Source of the DNA: Candidatus Poribacteria bacterium
GTDB lineage: Bacteria > Poribacteria > WGA-4E > PCPOR2b
Direction of reading: 5' to 3'
Assembly: GCA_965218095.1 (NCBI GenBank)
Contig: OZ244587.1
Location: 1,120,001-1,184,000 of the forward strand
Length of the DNA stretch: 64,000 nt
Each line of letters begins with the position of its first letter. Positions within the stretch are counted from its first letter, which is position 1. Under the pieces are notes generated by a model that did not search any database, was not told where the DNA came from, and saw nothing but the letters and a program-made list of their open reading frames with translations. Positions 21,113 to 31,180 of the stretch are shown here, one piece after another. The position numbers and the translations under genes are program-made.

Positions 21113-21436
21113 CTAAAAAACGGTAATCTCCACGCCTGGTATCAAGATTTCTTTCTGATGGAATAACTCTTTCAGTTCCTCTTTGAGGTTAGTGAAGAAG
21201 TATGCAGAGTTTGTATCCTGGCCAAACTTGATGACTGTGTACACGATGACATAATCATGATAAACCTGTCCATCTTCTCGCCATGAATCCCTCAATGGAA
21301 AATCTCATATGATATGTGTCACGCCGCCAAATCTATCAAACAGTTGTTAATGCACGCGGTCATATTTTTCGATCCATGTGCCATCACTATACTGAAGAAG
21401 AAGATAGATTTCGTACTGAGTCACAACCTTTGTCAT
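21113..21436 (-). pseudogene. Small conserved hypothetical protein with two internal stops
   Basis: Manual read-through MTKVVTQYEIYLLLQYSDG...FDRFGGVT...WREDGQVYHD...LKEELKELFHQKEILI; a 66-codon partner ORF (21387-21587) upstream also has a stop. Confidence 0.55.
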
Positions 21437-21658
21437 CAAGCACCTCAAATGGTAGCTGTTTCTCCCGCAATAATTTCATTTGACGATCTGACACGAGATA
21501 CACATGGTCTTTAGAAGTTCTGGTGGTCCCGCCTTCCTGAATCAATAATCGCCATTAATGTTCCTCTGGTAATTTTATCAGTGGCATCTGGCTAACTTCC
21601 ATTCAAGTTATCTAGGTTCTGTTACGTTATCCTCAAGCGCCAAACCCAGATTTGTCGT

Positions 21659-22606
21659 TTACCGATAGACTGCTTGGATCATCGCTCGGATATAACCGAC
21701 AGCGAACGCCCGACCCGCCCATTGCGCATTTTCTTGCGAAAAGCCGGGCGTGTGATCCATCATGAACGATTCCTCAAAGCCTACTTCTCGATAGGTCTGC
21801 ATGGCCTCATACATATCCACGTTTTCTTCATCCACGAAAACTTCCTGGAAACTCCTTGGCGTGCCTCGAATGTTGCGGAAGTGGACGTAAGCGATTTTGT
21901 TTTGGGATGCGATGCGCCGGATAGCGGAGGGAACGTCCTCCCCCATTTCACGGACACACCCCTGGCAAAATAGCATAGCGTTTGCGTCGCTAGGAACCGT
22001 GTTGAACGTGCGCTCAAAGTGGTCGAGGGTCGAGAAAATCCGGGCGGCGCCGCCAAGCGGTTCTGGAATCGGTGGGTCGTCCGGGTGTATAGCGAGTTTT
22101 ACGCCGGCTTCTTCAGCCACCGGAACAATGCGTTCAAGGAAATACTGCAAATTCTCCAGGAGCTTTTCTTCGGAAATGTACTTTTCGGGAACGTCCGCCG
22201 GATCTTTCATGAACTCGTCATAATCAAAGGTGCTATAGCGAGCACCGCCGTGGCCAATCGTTGATGTCGTCCTGAAATCCCCGATCGGTTTGAAGTTGTA
22301 ACCCAGCGTCCAAATTCCCACGGTGCCAAAGTTTCTGATCATCGTGCACCACGCCTCGATCTTCTCGTCCCGGTCAGGCAAGGCAAGAGTAATCTCGTCC
22401 CAGCAGTTCATTCCCACGTTATCCAGCTTCATTCCGTGAGAATCGACCCGCTTGCTCATCTCCTTCCAGAAATCGGTGCGGTCGACCCCGTCTCTGAGGT
22501 TCGGTGGAGAGGGATTGATTGTGACATAATCCACGCCGATGGCTTTGAAGAAACTCAGGTTATCGTCATCAATGTGAGTCCAGGGAAGTTGCTCTTGAAT
22601 CGTCAT
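21659..22606 (-). CDS. uxuA: Mannonate dehydratase
   Basis: LQYFLERIVPVAEEAGVKLAIHPDDPP, FCQG, YVHFRN, MDHTP, RAFAVGYI; GGAGG RBS before ATG 22606. Confidence 0.88.
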   Translation of the reverse strand: MTIQEQLPWTHIDDDNLSFFKAIGVDYVTINPSPPNLRDGVDRTDFWKEMSKRVDSHGMKLDNVGMNCWDEITLALPDRDEKIEAWCTMIRNFGTVGIWTLGYNFKPIGDFRTTSTIGHGGARYSTFDYDEFMKDPADVPEKYISEEKLLENLQYFLERIVPVAEEAGVKLAIHPDDPPIPEPLGGAARIFSTLDHFERTFNTVPSDANAMLFCQGCVREMGEDVPSAIRRIASQNKIAYVHFRNIRGTPRSFQEVFVDEENVDMYEAMQTYREVGFEESFMMDHTPGFSQENAQWAGRAFAVGYIRAMIQAVYR

Positions 22607-22895
22607 TATAAGCACCTCCAGTTCAATCGGCATTTTCTCGTTGATGCTTCTTGATTCTGTGAAAAACTGTAATGGTCAAAAGGTTCAAGAGTTCATGGGT
22701 TCATTGAACTCTTGAACTCAAATCTCTGGTCGTTGGGTTGATACGCTAAATGCAACAGGTTTTTCCTTGGGAGTCGGAGTGGTTTCTCAGCCAGTACCGC
22801 TCCGGCGAAAAATTAAGCGTTCTAGCGTGTCGCCGCTGAGTGCGTCACATGTGCGTCACACTGCCCGCCAACGTGATGTAATATGCCGTCAGGAT

Positions 22896-23170
22896 ACTGT
22901 CATCAGACAGTTGGGTGGAGACTGTCATCAGACAGTTGGGTGGAGACTGTCATCAGACAGTTGGGTGGAGACTGTCATCAGACAGTTGGGTGGAGACTGT
23001 CATCAGACAGTTGGGTGGAGACTGTCATCAGACAGTTGGGTGGAGACTGTCATCAGACAGTTGGGTGGAGACTGTCATCAGACAGTTGGGTGGAGACTGT
23101 CATCAGACAGTTGGGTGGAGACTGTCATCAGACAGTTGGGTGGAGACTGTCATCAGACAGTTGGGTGGAG
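22896..23170. repeat. Perfect tandem array, 11 x 25 bp (ACTGTCATCAGACAGTTGGGTGGAG)
   Basis: Counted directly; each unit has a 6-bp stem ACTGTC/GACAGT with ATCA loop; no variable spacers. Confidence 0.97.
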
Positions 23171-23250
23171 ATCGGATATCCGTCTGGCAGCAACATACAG
23201 TCTAAGAACAATTCTGGCGTTCACTCAAGGCGCTGCTGAAGCTGTCAAAG

Positions 23251-25276
23251 ATGAGTTTTGATGGTCGAGAAGGGGTCTACAGCGGCATTGCCACAAAAGT
23301 GCTTTCATGCTTGATAGGATTCTTCCTTTGTCAGGAAATAGAATGTGAATTCCCATATTCTTCTCCTAGGTTCTATTGACATTTGAGTATAAGGTTGTGG
23401 CATAATAGAAGAATGATGCCAATAACCTTACCCGATGACCAATGGAATAAGATATACTCGTTTCTTCTAACTTGTCCCACCATCTATGTTGGCAACGAAG
23501 CGACAACACGCCGCTTTATCGAAACTGTTCTCTGGGCGACCCGTAGCGGGGCTCAATGGCGGATTCTGCCAGACACCTATGGTAAATCGAACACCCGCTA
23601 TAAGCGTTTTGCTCGGTGGTGCGACAAAGGTATCTTCACACAGATGCACCCCCACTTCGCCGCCGACCCCGATATCGAGTCGCTTATTGTGGACAGTACA
23701 ATCATTCGAGCGCACCCGTCTGCGGCGGGTGCCGAAAAAAAAAGGGTGGCACTGAAAACCAAGCGTTAGGCTGCTCTCGCGGGGGATTCAGTACAAAAAT
23801 TCACATCACCGTTGACGGCCTGGGTAATCCCCTAAGAATTCATCTGACGCCCGGTCAAAGAAACGACATAGCGGAAGCAGAAGCGTTGATACTTGGATAT
23901 AAAAGCGAGTATGTGATTGGAGACAAGGGATATGACTCCGACAATTTTATCGCCGTTATTGAGGCGAATGGAGCGATTGCGGTGATACCGCCAAAAAGTC
24001 ATCGTGTGGATCAAAGAGATTACGACAAACATCTGTACAAAGAGAGACATCGGGTTGAATGTTTCATTAACAAGATAAAGATGGTATCGCCGCATCTTCT
24101 CTCGGTTCGAGAAGTTAGCTATCCGTTATTTTGGATTTCTCAGCTTTGTCGCCACTCTTATATGGCTCCCTTGAAATGTCAACAGAACCTAGTATTCATG
24201 ATAACGATCTATTTTGTGAACATCATTTACTCAAAAGCAAAGTTTCGGAACGTGTTAAGAGTCTGATTGCGGAAAGGAAAACGATACCGGAAATCCGAGA
24301 GCAAGTCCACGCCATGTGGGCAGTTCAGGGCTGGCCGGAAGCAGACATTGAGGCAATGATTAAGGATGTCCTACCAAAAATCACGCCGATTTCTGCTACT
24401 GCCTTGGATCAAAAAGAGTTTGACCTGATCCGCTTTGCGGTGCCTAACTTCATTCCTGAGGGGTTGACCATCCTTGCGGGGCCCCCGAAGATTGGAAAAT
24501 CGTTTTTGTGCTTGAACATGGCGTTGGCCGTTGCTAGTGGGGGCTTTGCTGTGGGGAGTATCCCCATCCCTACTACAAGCAAGGTGCTTTATTGTGCCCT
24601 GGAAGACTCTGAAAGATAGCTGCAAGATCGGATGCGGATGTTAGGAATTGACGGCATCCCGGAAAACTTGTATTTTCTCCCGCTCGGCGGTTTCCCGACG
24701 GTGCTTGATGAGCTTGGCTGGTCTCTCCTTGAACGGGAGATCGATGCACATGGCTTTAAGTTTGTAATAGTTGATACTTGGCAACGAGTCAAAACGTCCA
24801 AAACGGGCAAGGGTAGCAATTTGACGCTGTACGAGGAAGATTATGAGCTACCCGGCAAGCTTCAGGCTTTCGCCACTCAGAAAGGGATCGCTATTTTGGT
24901 TGTTCATCAAGGCAAAGATGAAGATAATCCATTTCACGATATAAGCGGATTAACCGGAATGCAAGCAGCACCTAACGCATTGATTACGTTGCGAAGGAAG
25001 AACGGGGGCATCGTGTGCAGTGTTGCGGGACGGGACTTTGAATCAAGAGAGTTAGCGATGTCGTTTGACAAGGGGCATTGGCAAATCGAAGGGGATGCAG
25101 ATATGGCATTTGGGGTTGAGAAACCAGAGCGGGGGCGTTATAGCCCGGTACTAAATAGCGATTCTGTAAAGGATCTTCTGAAAAAACTGATCAAGGGGGC
25201 GTGGTATCTGATCAAGTGGTGGTATCTGATGCCGTTTATCAGCGGGCTGCTGGGTGAGCTTCCGTTGGGGCTTTGA
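23251..25276 (+). pseudogene. AAA_25/RepA-like helicase with N-terminal Cys/His motif, interrupted by IS5 and a TAG at 24617
   Basis: GLTILAGPPKIGKS Walker A, VLYCALEDSER*LQDR, VIVDT Walker B, ILVVH, DISG..G; removing the IS and one TA restores the frame from ATG 23251. Confidence 0.8.
23369..24189 (+). mobile_element. IS5-family insertion sequence, copy 2 (A9 frameshift site plus an inactivating extra base near 24080)
   Basis: Same terminal IRs and TA flanks as copy 1; two overlapping ORFs joined at GAAAAAAAAAGGG. Confidence 0.93.
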
Positions 25277-25371
25277 ATTGTAGCAGGGCGTGGTGTGAAA
25301 GAAGGGTAAGCCTTCCTGTACGACTCCGCAGTCGTTCGTGTCTTGGAAAACTCCGATGCGGGTATTCTACT

Positions 25372-25997
25372 CTAACAACGACCGATACCGTACCTCCGCT
25401 GCTTCGCTGCTTCGCTGCTCGGAATGATCTTGTATGACATGCGACTTGCATTCGCTCTCTGCTGCGTGGCCTCCGCCTTTGCCTGTACTATCTGGTCTTC
25501 AATCTTATTATTCCCCTTCACCTCCACGATTACCCACGAGTCATCATCCTTCTGCATCAGGAAGTCAGGGTAATACCGCCTGATGGCATGGGATTCAGGG
25601 TCAATGTACTGGATGTAGAAGTCTGATTGTCCATACGTCAACATTCCCGTGAAATAGACCTTTTCACTTTCCCTTCCCTCAATAGAGACCAGAATAACGC
25701 GCGTTCGGGCGTAGAGTCAAAAGCATAGGTATCGAGATGAAAACTCTTGTGCTCGTAATTTCTCCCTTCCGGTGTATCGTCTGTTACAACCAAGCTCGGA
25801 GTCGATCGAACTTTGTAGTATCCATCCTCCGGCTCTTTGACCAATTCGATCTCTTCTGGTTCGTGGTGTTCAAATTCCTTCAGATTATACAGAGCCTTAA
25901 AAAGACGCGGAATAATCCAGTCGTTTGGTTTTTTGAGGATGGACAGATATTTTCTGAGATGTGGCATGTTTCGTGAATGAACTCCGATCTGAACCAA
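25372..25997 (-). pseudogene. C-terminal remnant of a type III restriction (Res)-like endonuclease
   Basis: FDSTPE...FYIQYID...YYPDF...IVEVKG PD-(D/E)xK motif; frameshift near 25650; 5' part missing. Confidence 0.72.
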
Positions 25998-26010
25998 TGA
26001 ATCCCTGAAC

Positions 26011-27960
26011 TCATTTCCCTTCTCGCCGACGAGCTATTTCATGACCATCAAACAGGTCGTAAGCAATCGTCCCTTGACTTTGCGCCGGTGGAGAGGCGCC
26101 GAGAATATGACAGAAGGTCGGTACCACATCGGCGGCGTGGATGTAGCCGTGCGCATCATAGTCACGCTCGTAACCCTTTTTGACCCCCGGTCCAGCTAAC
26201 AGCAGTGTTCCAAAACTGGACGAAAGGTCGTTTCGGGTGGGAATAAAGCCGCCGTGGTGTGCGCCGTAGACTTCGGGAGCCCCGACCGACCCGCCACCGA
26301 CGATTCCCTTCCACTGACCGTAGTAACCACTAACATAGCCGTGGTCCCAGGCGAAGACGACATCGCCGCACTGGTCACCCCATTGACCGAGGAGGTAGGC
26401 GTCCCGCTTCGGTAGGGCGATGGCGATGGGCGTCCGACCAATCCCTTCATCGACCCAGGTTCGCAGCGCCAAAAGGAGCTCGCGCTCGATTTCGTCGAAC
26501 GCAGGGCCCACATCCGCGTTGATGAAGATGTCGAAGCCTTTGTCGTCCTTGAGGTAAGCGCGAGTCTTCTCCCAATCGATGTCCTTTTCCAGGACCTCAT
26601 CGCGCTCGACCTCTTCCGCACCGTCCTTGAGGACGGTGAATCCCTGATCGACGAGGAACTTGCGAATGTTGGCAATGCGAACGTCCGGGTAAGCGCCGTG
26701 ATCACCGAGGACGCTGATATAAGCCTCCACATCCACCGCCTCCCAGATCCGTCCCAGAACCCGGTCGCCAACCTGATACGCCCGACGGAAGTAGTCCATC
26801 GCCTGGTCTGCGTTGCCTGGGTCGTAGCCCGGACAGACGGGGTCTACATCGTTGAGGTGGATGTGGTTCAGGTAGTCGTAGAGGTGCCAATGGCAGATAA
26901 AGAAGGAGCAGCCCCGTTCATGGAGCATGTAGTTGGCGACATCGGCGAACCAGAGTCCTTGATATTCGCACTCCTCAAGCGCTGTGTCGAAGTCCGCCAT
27001 ACCCGACGTGTAAGGCGTCATGGAGGCATGTTCTTGATAGGGGCCGAAGCGTTCAATGAGGCCTGCGGCTAAGTCGTCCGGATAAGTGAATCCGTCGGCA
27101 TACGTGACCTGTGAACGGTAGAGTTTCAGGTGTTCCCCATCAGGCGAGAGTTCGATGACCTTAAACCGGACGGACGCTCGTTGCTCTCTACCATCGATCC
27201 GGAAGGTTTCAATTGCCCAATCGCTCCACTGACCGACTTCAGCTTCGGCGACTCGGGCACCGCCATCTTTCCCCCGACAGATCAGCAAGCGGTCATACCC
27301 TTCCCCGCGGCTATCAAGGGTGAGCAGGTGAAAGGTGTTGACGTCACTGGCAAGACGAGCATGAATCTCAATAATCGATTCAAGCGGTGGTGACTGACTC
27401 GGTGGTAGATTCTCCCAGCCAGCAGCGGGACGCAGCGGCAGAATTGGCTGGACGCTCCGTTGCGCCCGACGGACAGCCGTTCCGTCATGGTCCATCTGGA
27501 CGGTGGCGACATCCTTACCGGTGGTGTAGGCTTGACAAGAGGCCACCTCATAGGCGGTGCTGGCGTGGCCGGGGTGACCGAAGCCGTCCACCACAAACCC
27601 GGATTTGACGCCTGAAGGGTGAGCAGCAGGGTAGTGGACAGCGACGCTTGTTTTGCCTTCACGCTCCAGTGCATTCCAGATCCGCTCGGCATTAGGAGCG
27701 TGACCGTCGAAACTATCGATGCGTTTGCCGGGAGCGACCTCCACACGCCAGCGGGTGACGCCGTGTGTGCCGGTGTGTGCGCCGGTAGAAAGGGTCGCCC
27801 AATTCGTCGGCGTCCAAACCGGAAAGGAAGGAAAGGTCTGGTTTACTGTGCCTTCTTTGAGCATTCGTTCAAAGTTCGGCAGACAGCCATCGGCAACAAA
27901 TTTCTTCATCATCGGGACGATAAAACCATCCATCCCGTAGGCATAGATTTTTTTGGACAT
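26011..27960 (-). CDS. Alkaline-phosphatase-superfamily phosphodiesterase/nucleotide pyrophosphatase
   Basis: GMDG, PVWTPTNWATLSTGAHTGTHG, DYLNH, GDHG, ADVVPTF. Confidence 0.85.
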   Translation of the reverse strand: MSKKIYAYGMDGFIVPMMKKFVADGCLPNFERMLKEGTVNQTFPSFPVWTPTNWATLSTGAHTGTHGVTRWRVEVAPGKRIDSFDGHAPNAERIWNALEREGKTSVAVHYPAAHPSGVKSGFVVDGFGHPGHASTAYEVASCQAYTTGKDVATVQMDHDGTAVRRAQRSVQPILPLRPAAGWENLPPSQSPPLESIIEIHARLASDVNTFHLLTLDSRGEGYDRLLICRGKDGGARVAEAEVGQWSDWAIETFRIDGREQRASVRFKVIELSPDGEHLKLYRSQVTYADGFTYPDDLAAGLIERFGPYQEHASMTPYTSGMADFDTALEECEYQGLWFADVANYMLHERGCSFFICHWHLYDYLNHIHLNDVDPVCPGYDPGNADQAMDYFRRAYQVGDRVLGRIWEAVDVEAYISVLGDHGAYPDVRIANIRKFLVDQGFTVLKDGAEEVERDEVLEKDIDWEKTRAYLKDDKGFDIFINADVGPAFDEIERELLLALRTWVDEGIGRTPIAIALPKRDAYLLGQWGDQCGDVVFAWDHGYVSGYYGQWKGIVGGGSVGAPEVYGAHHGGFIPTRNDLSSSFGTLLLAGPGVKKGYERDYDAHGYIHAADVVPTFCHILGASPPAQSQGTIAYDLFDGHEIARRREGK

Positions 27961-28119
27961 AGAAATCTCCTTTTGAAATCAACGAATCATCGTAAAACTT
28001 AATGGAATCTACCCAGGACTATTGATTCACGAACTTTCAACTTTGAAAATTACTAAGAACTTGACCGACCCCAGCCGCATATTGAGTCTCGATAATGTCC
28101 CCGAAAAGACCGGATTGTG

Positions 28120-28365
28120 TTAAAGCCCACTAAATCCTTTTGTATCGGGTTGACCGAGAGCGTCCGACCTTCTGAATGAGGTCCTTTTCAAGTAGGGCAT
28201 GCAAATCGCGTTTAAGTAAAGGATTTTTGCGTAAAAGTATCGCTCTCCGCATTCAGTGCGAACCTCTGCCTCCACATTTTCGACGATGTACGATTTCCCA
28301 TGAAGCCAGTGTTGCTTTTTCACTTTCTTTTTTTCTGTTCGATCGCCACAGAATTCACAAATCAT
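28120..28365 (-). pseudogene. YgiT/MqsA-type zinc-finger protein, degraded
   Basis: MICEFCG...IVENVEAEV(R)TECGERYF; one Cys lost and divergent C-terminus. Confidence 0.6.
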
Positions 28366-29084
28366 ATCTTCCCTGATACCGATGTCTGCGAATCCCCACA
28401 AATCATCGAAACCAGCGATCCCAAATCCACCACCTCGAAGTCAGGGCGAGCGCTTGCTTTTGGAGTTGCGCCAAACCCTCGTTTCCCCTTTCTCCGATTG
28501 ACCCAGACAGTGGACAGCCCCATCTGCTTTGCCGGGATAATATCGTGATAGACGCTTTGCCCAATGTGGAGAATCTTGTGGGGAGGAACCCCAATTCGCT
28601 CAATTGCAAACTCGAAATTCCGTAACGCGGGCTTATAGGATTTGATCCGTTCTGCGGGGATGATAAAGTCAAACGCCACCTTGGGATATTTCAAGGACTC
28701 GGCGAAGAGATCCAAATCGACGTTTGAGATGACCGCCAGTCGAAAGGATTTCTTCAGGGCTTGCAATGCCTCAACCGTATCTGGAAACGGTTGCCAATCC
28801 TTCAGCGAATCGGCGAGACAATCGAGTTCAGCGGAGATCGGTACAAAACCCAGTTTTTGACCAAACCCCTGTATCACTTTTCTCAGAATTTCACGGCACT
28901 TCACATATTCTCCCGCCTCCGCTTCCGATTCTAGTTGCGCATAAAGTTCAAGAATCTGCACTTCACTCAGGTCGATCCGATGGAAGGAAAGCACCGGCCT
29001 TACAGCGGTGAGGATTCCACTTTCCCAATCAATTAGCGTTCCATAGCAATCAAAACTGAGAGCCTCGTATTGATCAGTCTTCAT
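28362..29084 (-). CDS. Haloacid dehalogenase type II (HAD superfamily)
   Basis: FDCYGTLIDWE, PFPDT, ISNVD, SYKP, QSVYHDI.PA. Confidence 0.9.
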   Translation of the reverse strand: MKTDQYEALSFDCYGTLIDWESGILTAVRPVLSFHRIDLSEVQILELYAQLESEAEAGEYVKCREILRKVIQGFGQKLGFVPISAELDCLADSLKDWQPFPDTVEALQALKKSFRLAVISNVDLDLFAESLKYPKVAFDFIIPAERIKSYKPALRNFEFAIERIGVPPHKILHIGQSVYHDIIPAKQMGLSTVWVNRRKGKRGFGATPKASARPDFEVVDLGSLVSMICGDSQTSVSGKI

Positions 29085-29282
29085 AACTTTTCCTAACCGT
29101 CGGGTCTCAAATCCAGTCGCCGCTGGATCCTTGCGAAGGTTCCATAACCTTCGCAAGGTTAAATTACCAAGAATTATACCATATCAGCATCAGAGAGAGC
29201 GACGATTTATCCATCTAATTGGACTAAACAAGTATTTGCCCGAAACGTCCAAGTAGTGTCACATAAAAAGGCGTGCACAGAT

Positions 29283-30127
29283 ATGCTATTAACGAGTGGA
29301 AAGCCCGGCGGACTGGATGTTTGCCACATGGCAGATTTGTCGATTGAGCAGCGCTTGCGGCTTTACGGTCGAGGATACTATGAACCGCTGTGGCCAGTCG
29401 TCGCCGGAGAATTTGTGACCTTGACCTTAGCGACGCTGCTACGCCACGAATGGGGCAAGAATCCTGCTCTGGGTTGACGTAGATGGTCACCCAATGGGAG
29501 ACGAATACGAGACTGATGGCAGGCAGCTCATCAATGTATTCGTAGAGGGAGCAGCCCCCACCGAGCGGATTGATCTCTTGCGCGGCACAGCGGCCCTGTG
29601 CCGTTGGAACATTGCGCTGCCAAGCAAGGGAACTGATGTCGTGATTTGTGTTTTGTGGGGTGGAACGGAGAAGCGTGGGACAGCCCGGGACCAACGTGTT
29701 ACGTGGGACGGCACGTTACACGTGTCAGGAGGGCGCTTTCTGGACGCCCAGCCAATTCTGCGATGTCGTTCAGATGGAGAATTCTGAGACCATAACATGG
29801 CAGTCCGCCGCGGCAGGAAACAACGCCGGATTGGCCCTCAAAGTCCAAGGAGGCGCAGCGACTGTGTGCCACTTCTCGTCGGGACCGTGTTCATTTGAGT
29901 TCAGGCTGAATCAGGTGACGCTGGCTCCAATGGTGGTCAATGCCGGGGGCGTGGGACGCCACGTCACCGTCGGCCCAACGCTCAGAGAAAACGGGCCTCG
30001 GAAAGTTAAACTCACCTATTGGGATACCAAGCAAGTTGGCGGCGTATTCCCCTATTGGGTGCGGGTTGTCTAGGTTGATCAAGCCATTGCCTGGAGCAGT
30101 CCAGTGTATGTGACACGTCTACTTTGA
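29283..30127 (+). pseudogene. Fragmented C-terminal part of a DUF3604-like protein
   Basis: Terminal YWVRVV*VDQAIAWSSPVYV motif; several frameshifts. Confidence 0.55.
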
Positions 30128-30172
30128 AAATCGACGAATGGACGAAACATTTGTCAGAAAAGGAGATCTACA

Positions 30173-31078
30173 ATGTCTTCAGAAGTACATTCTTCCATTG
30201 AAGAATCGCCAATACAGCGAGGGCTCACGCCCCAGCAAATCCAACAGTTCAAGGATGATGGCTTTCTAATCATCCGCAATCTACTCCCCCGCGAGGCGCT
30301 TCAGCCGTTGATTGATGAACTGGCGCAGCAGGTCGATGAGGCAACGAATGAAGCGGTACAGCGAGGGCTGCTCGATCCGGCGTACAGGTTTGAGGACACG
30401 CCCTTTGAAACCCGTTTGGCGCTAGTGTGCCAAGCCTGCTCGGAGCGCAACTGGCCGTGGAAACACTATTTTTCTGGTCAAAAACCAAGAACTGCCGGGA
30501 TGTTCACGCTCAGAATGGCGCCCGCTTTACTGGACGTGGTGGAATCGCTGATTGGGGATGAAATTCTGGCGCACCCGCAATTTAACATCCGCACCAAAAT
30601 GCCGGACCAGGAGATAACAGTCATCCCCTGGCACCAGGACCTAGCGTACCTGAAATCGGAAGAAGCGGGGGACACGTTGGTTGTGAATTTCTGGATTCCG
30701 CTTGTGAATGCCACAGCCGTCAACGGTTGTATGGAGGTCATGCGGGGGTCACATCGTCTGGGACTGCTGCCACATAGCCGTCTCATATCAACACCTGGCC
30801 ATAAGGGGGGCACAGGTATCCCCGATACCGACCTGCCGACCTGTGAAGTTATGACCGGGGAAGTCAGCGTGGGTGATGTCTTGATGACGACAGAACGGTT
30901 GGTGCATCGATCGATTCCCAACCGGTCAAATACCGTCCGCTGGAGCGTCGATACACGGTACAACCAAATTGGGCTTCCGACCGGTCGTGCGAATGTCCCC
31001 GGCTTTGTCGCCCGCAGCCGCAGAAATCCTGAGAGTGTGGCGCAATCACATTACGACTGGAATCGGCTTTTTACCTGA
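30173..31078 (+). CDS. Phytanoyl-CoA dioxygenase (PhyH) family protein
   Basis: PWHQD, WIPL.....NGCM, GSH, VHRS.PN.S..VRWS.D.RY. Confidence 0.9.
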   Translation: MSSEVHSSIEESPIQRGLTPQQIQQFKDDGFLIIRNLLPREALQPLIDELAQQVDEATNEAVQRGLLDPAYRFEDTPFETRLALVCQACSERNWPWKHYFSGQKPRTAGMFTLRMAPALLDVVESLIGDEILAHPQFNIRTKMPDQEITVIPWHQDLAYLKSEEAGDTLVVNFWIPLVNATAVNGCMEVMRGSHRLGLLPHSRLISTPGHKGGTGIPDTDLPTCEVMTGEVSVGDVLMTTERLVHRSIPNRSNTVRWSVDTRYNQIGLPTGRANVPGFVARSRRNPESVAQSHYDWNRLFT

Positions 31079-31180
31079 AAGGTCAGAATTGTAGGTCGAG
31101 ATTCAGATCTCGACATTGTGGAAACTACGTTCCTGTGTCGATTTTGGAAAATTGGCCTACACATCAATAAGGAGATAGCA

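Noticed and set aside
21612-21623. Third IS5 end (CTAGGTTCTGTT)
   Set aside because: Only 12 nt match, with no partner end or transposase.
22896-23170. CRISPR array
   Set aside because: The hairpin repeat is CRISPR-like, but the 9-nt linkers are identical, there are no unique spacers and no cas genes.
22767-23261. Repeat-encoded proteins in three frames
   Set aside because: Open only because the unit lacks stops on the + strand; no convincing RBS or family motifs.
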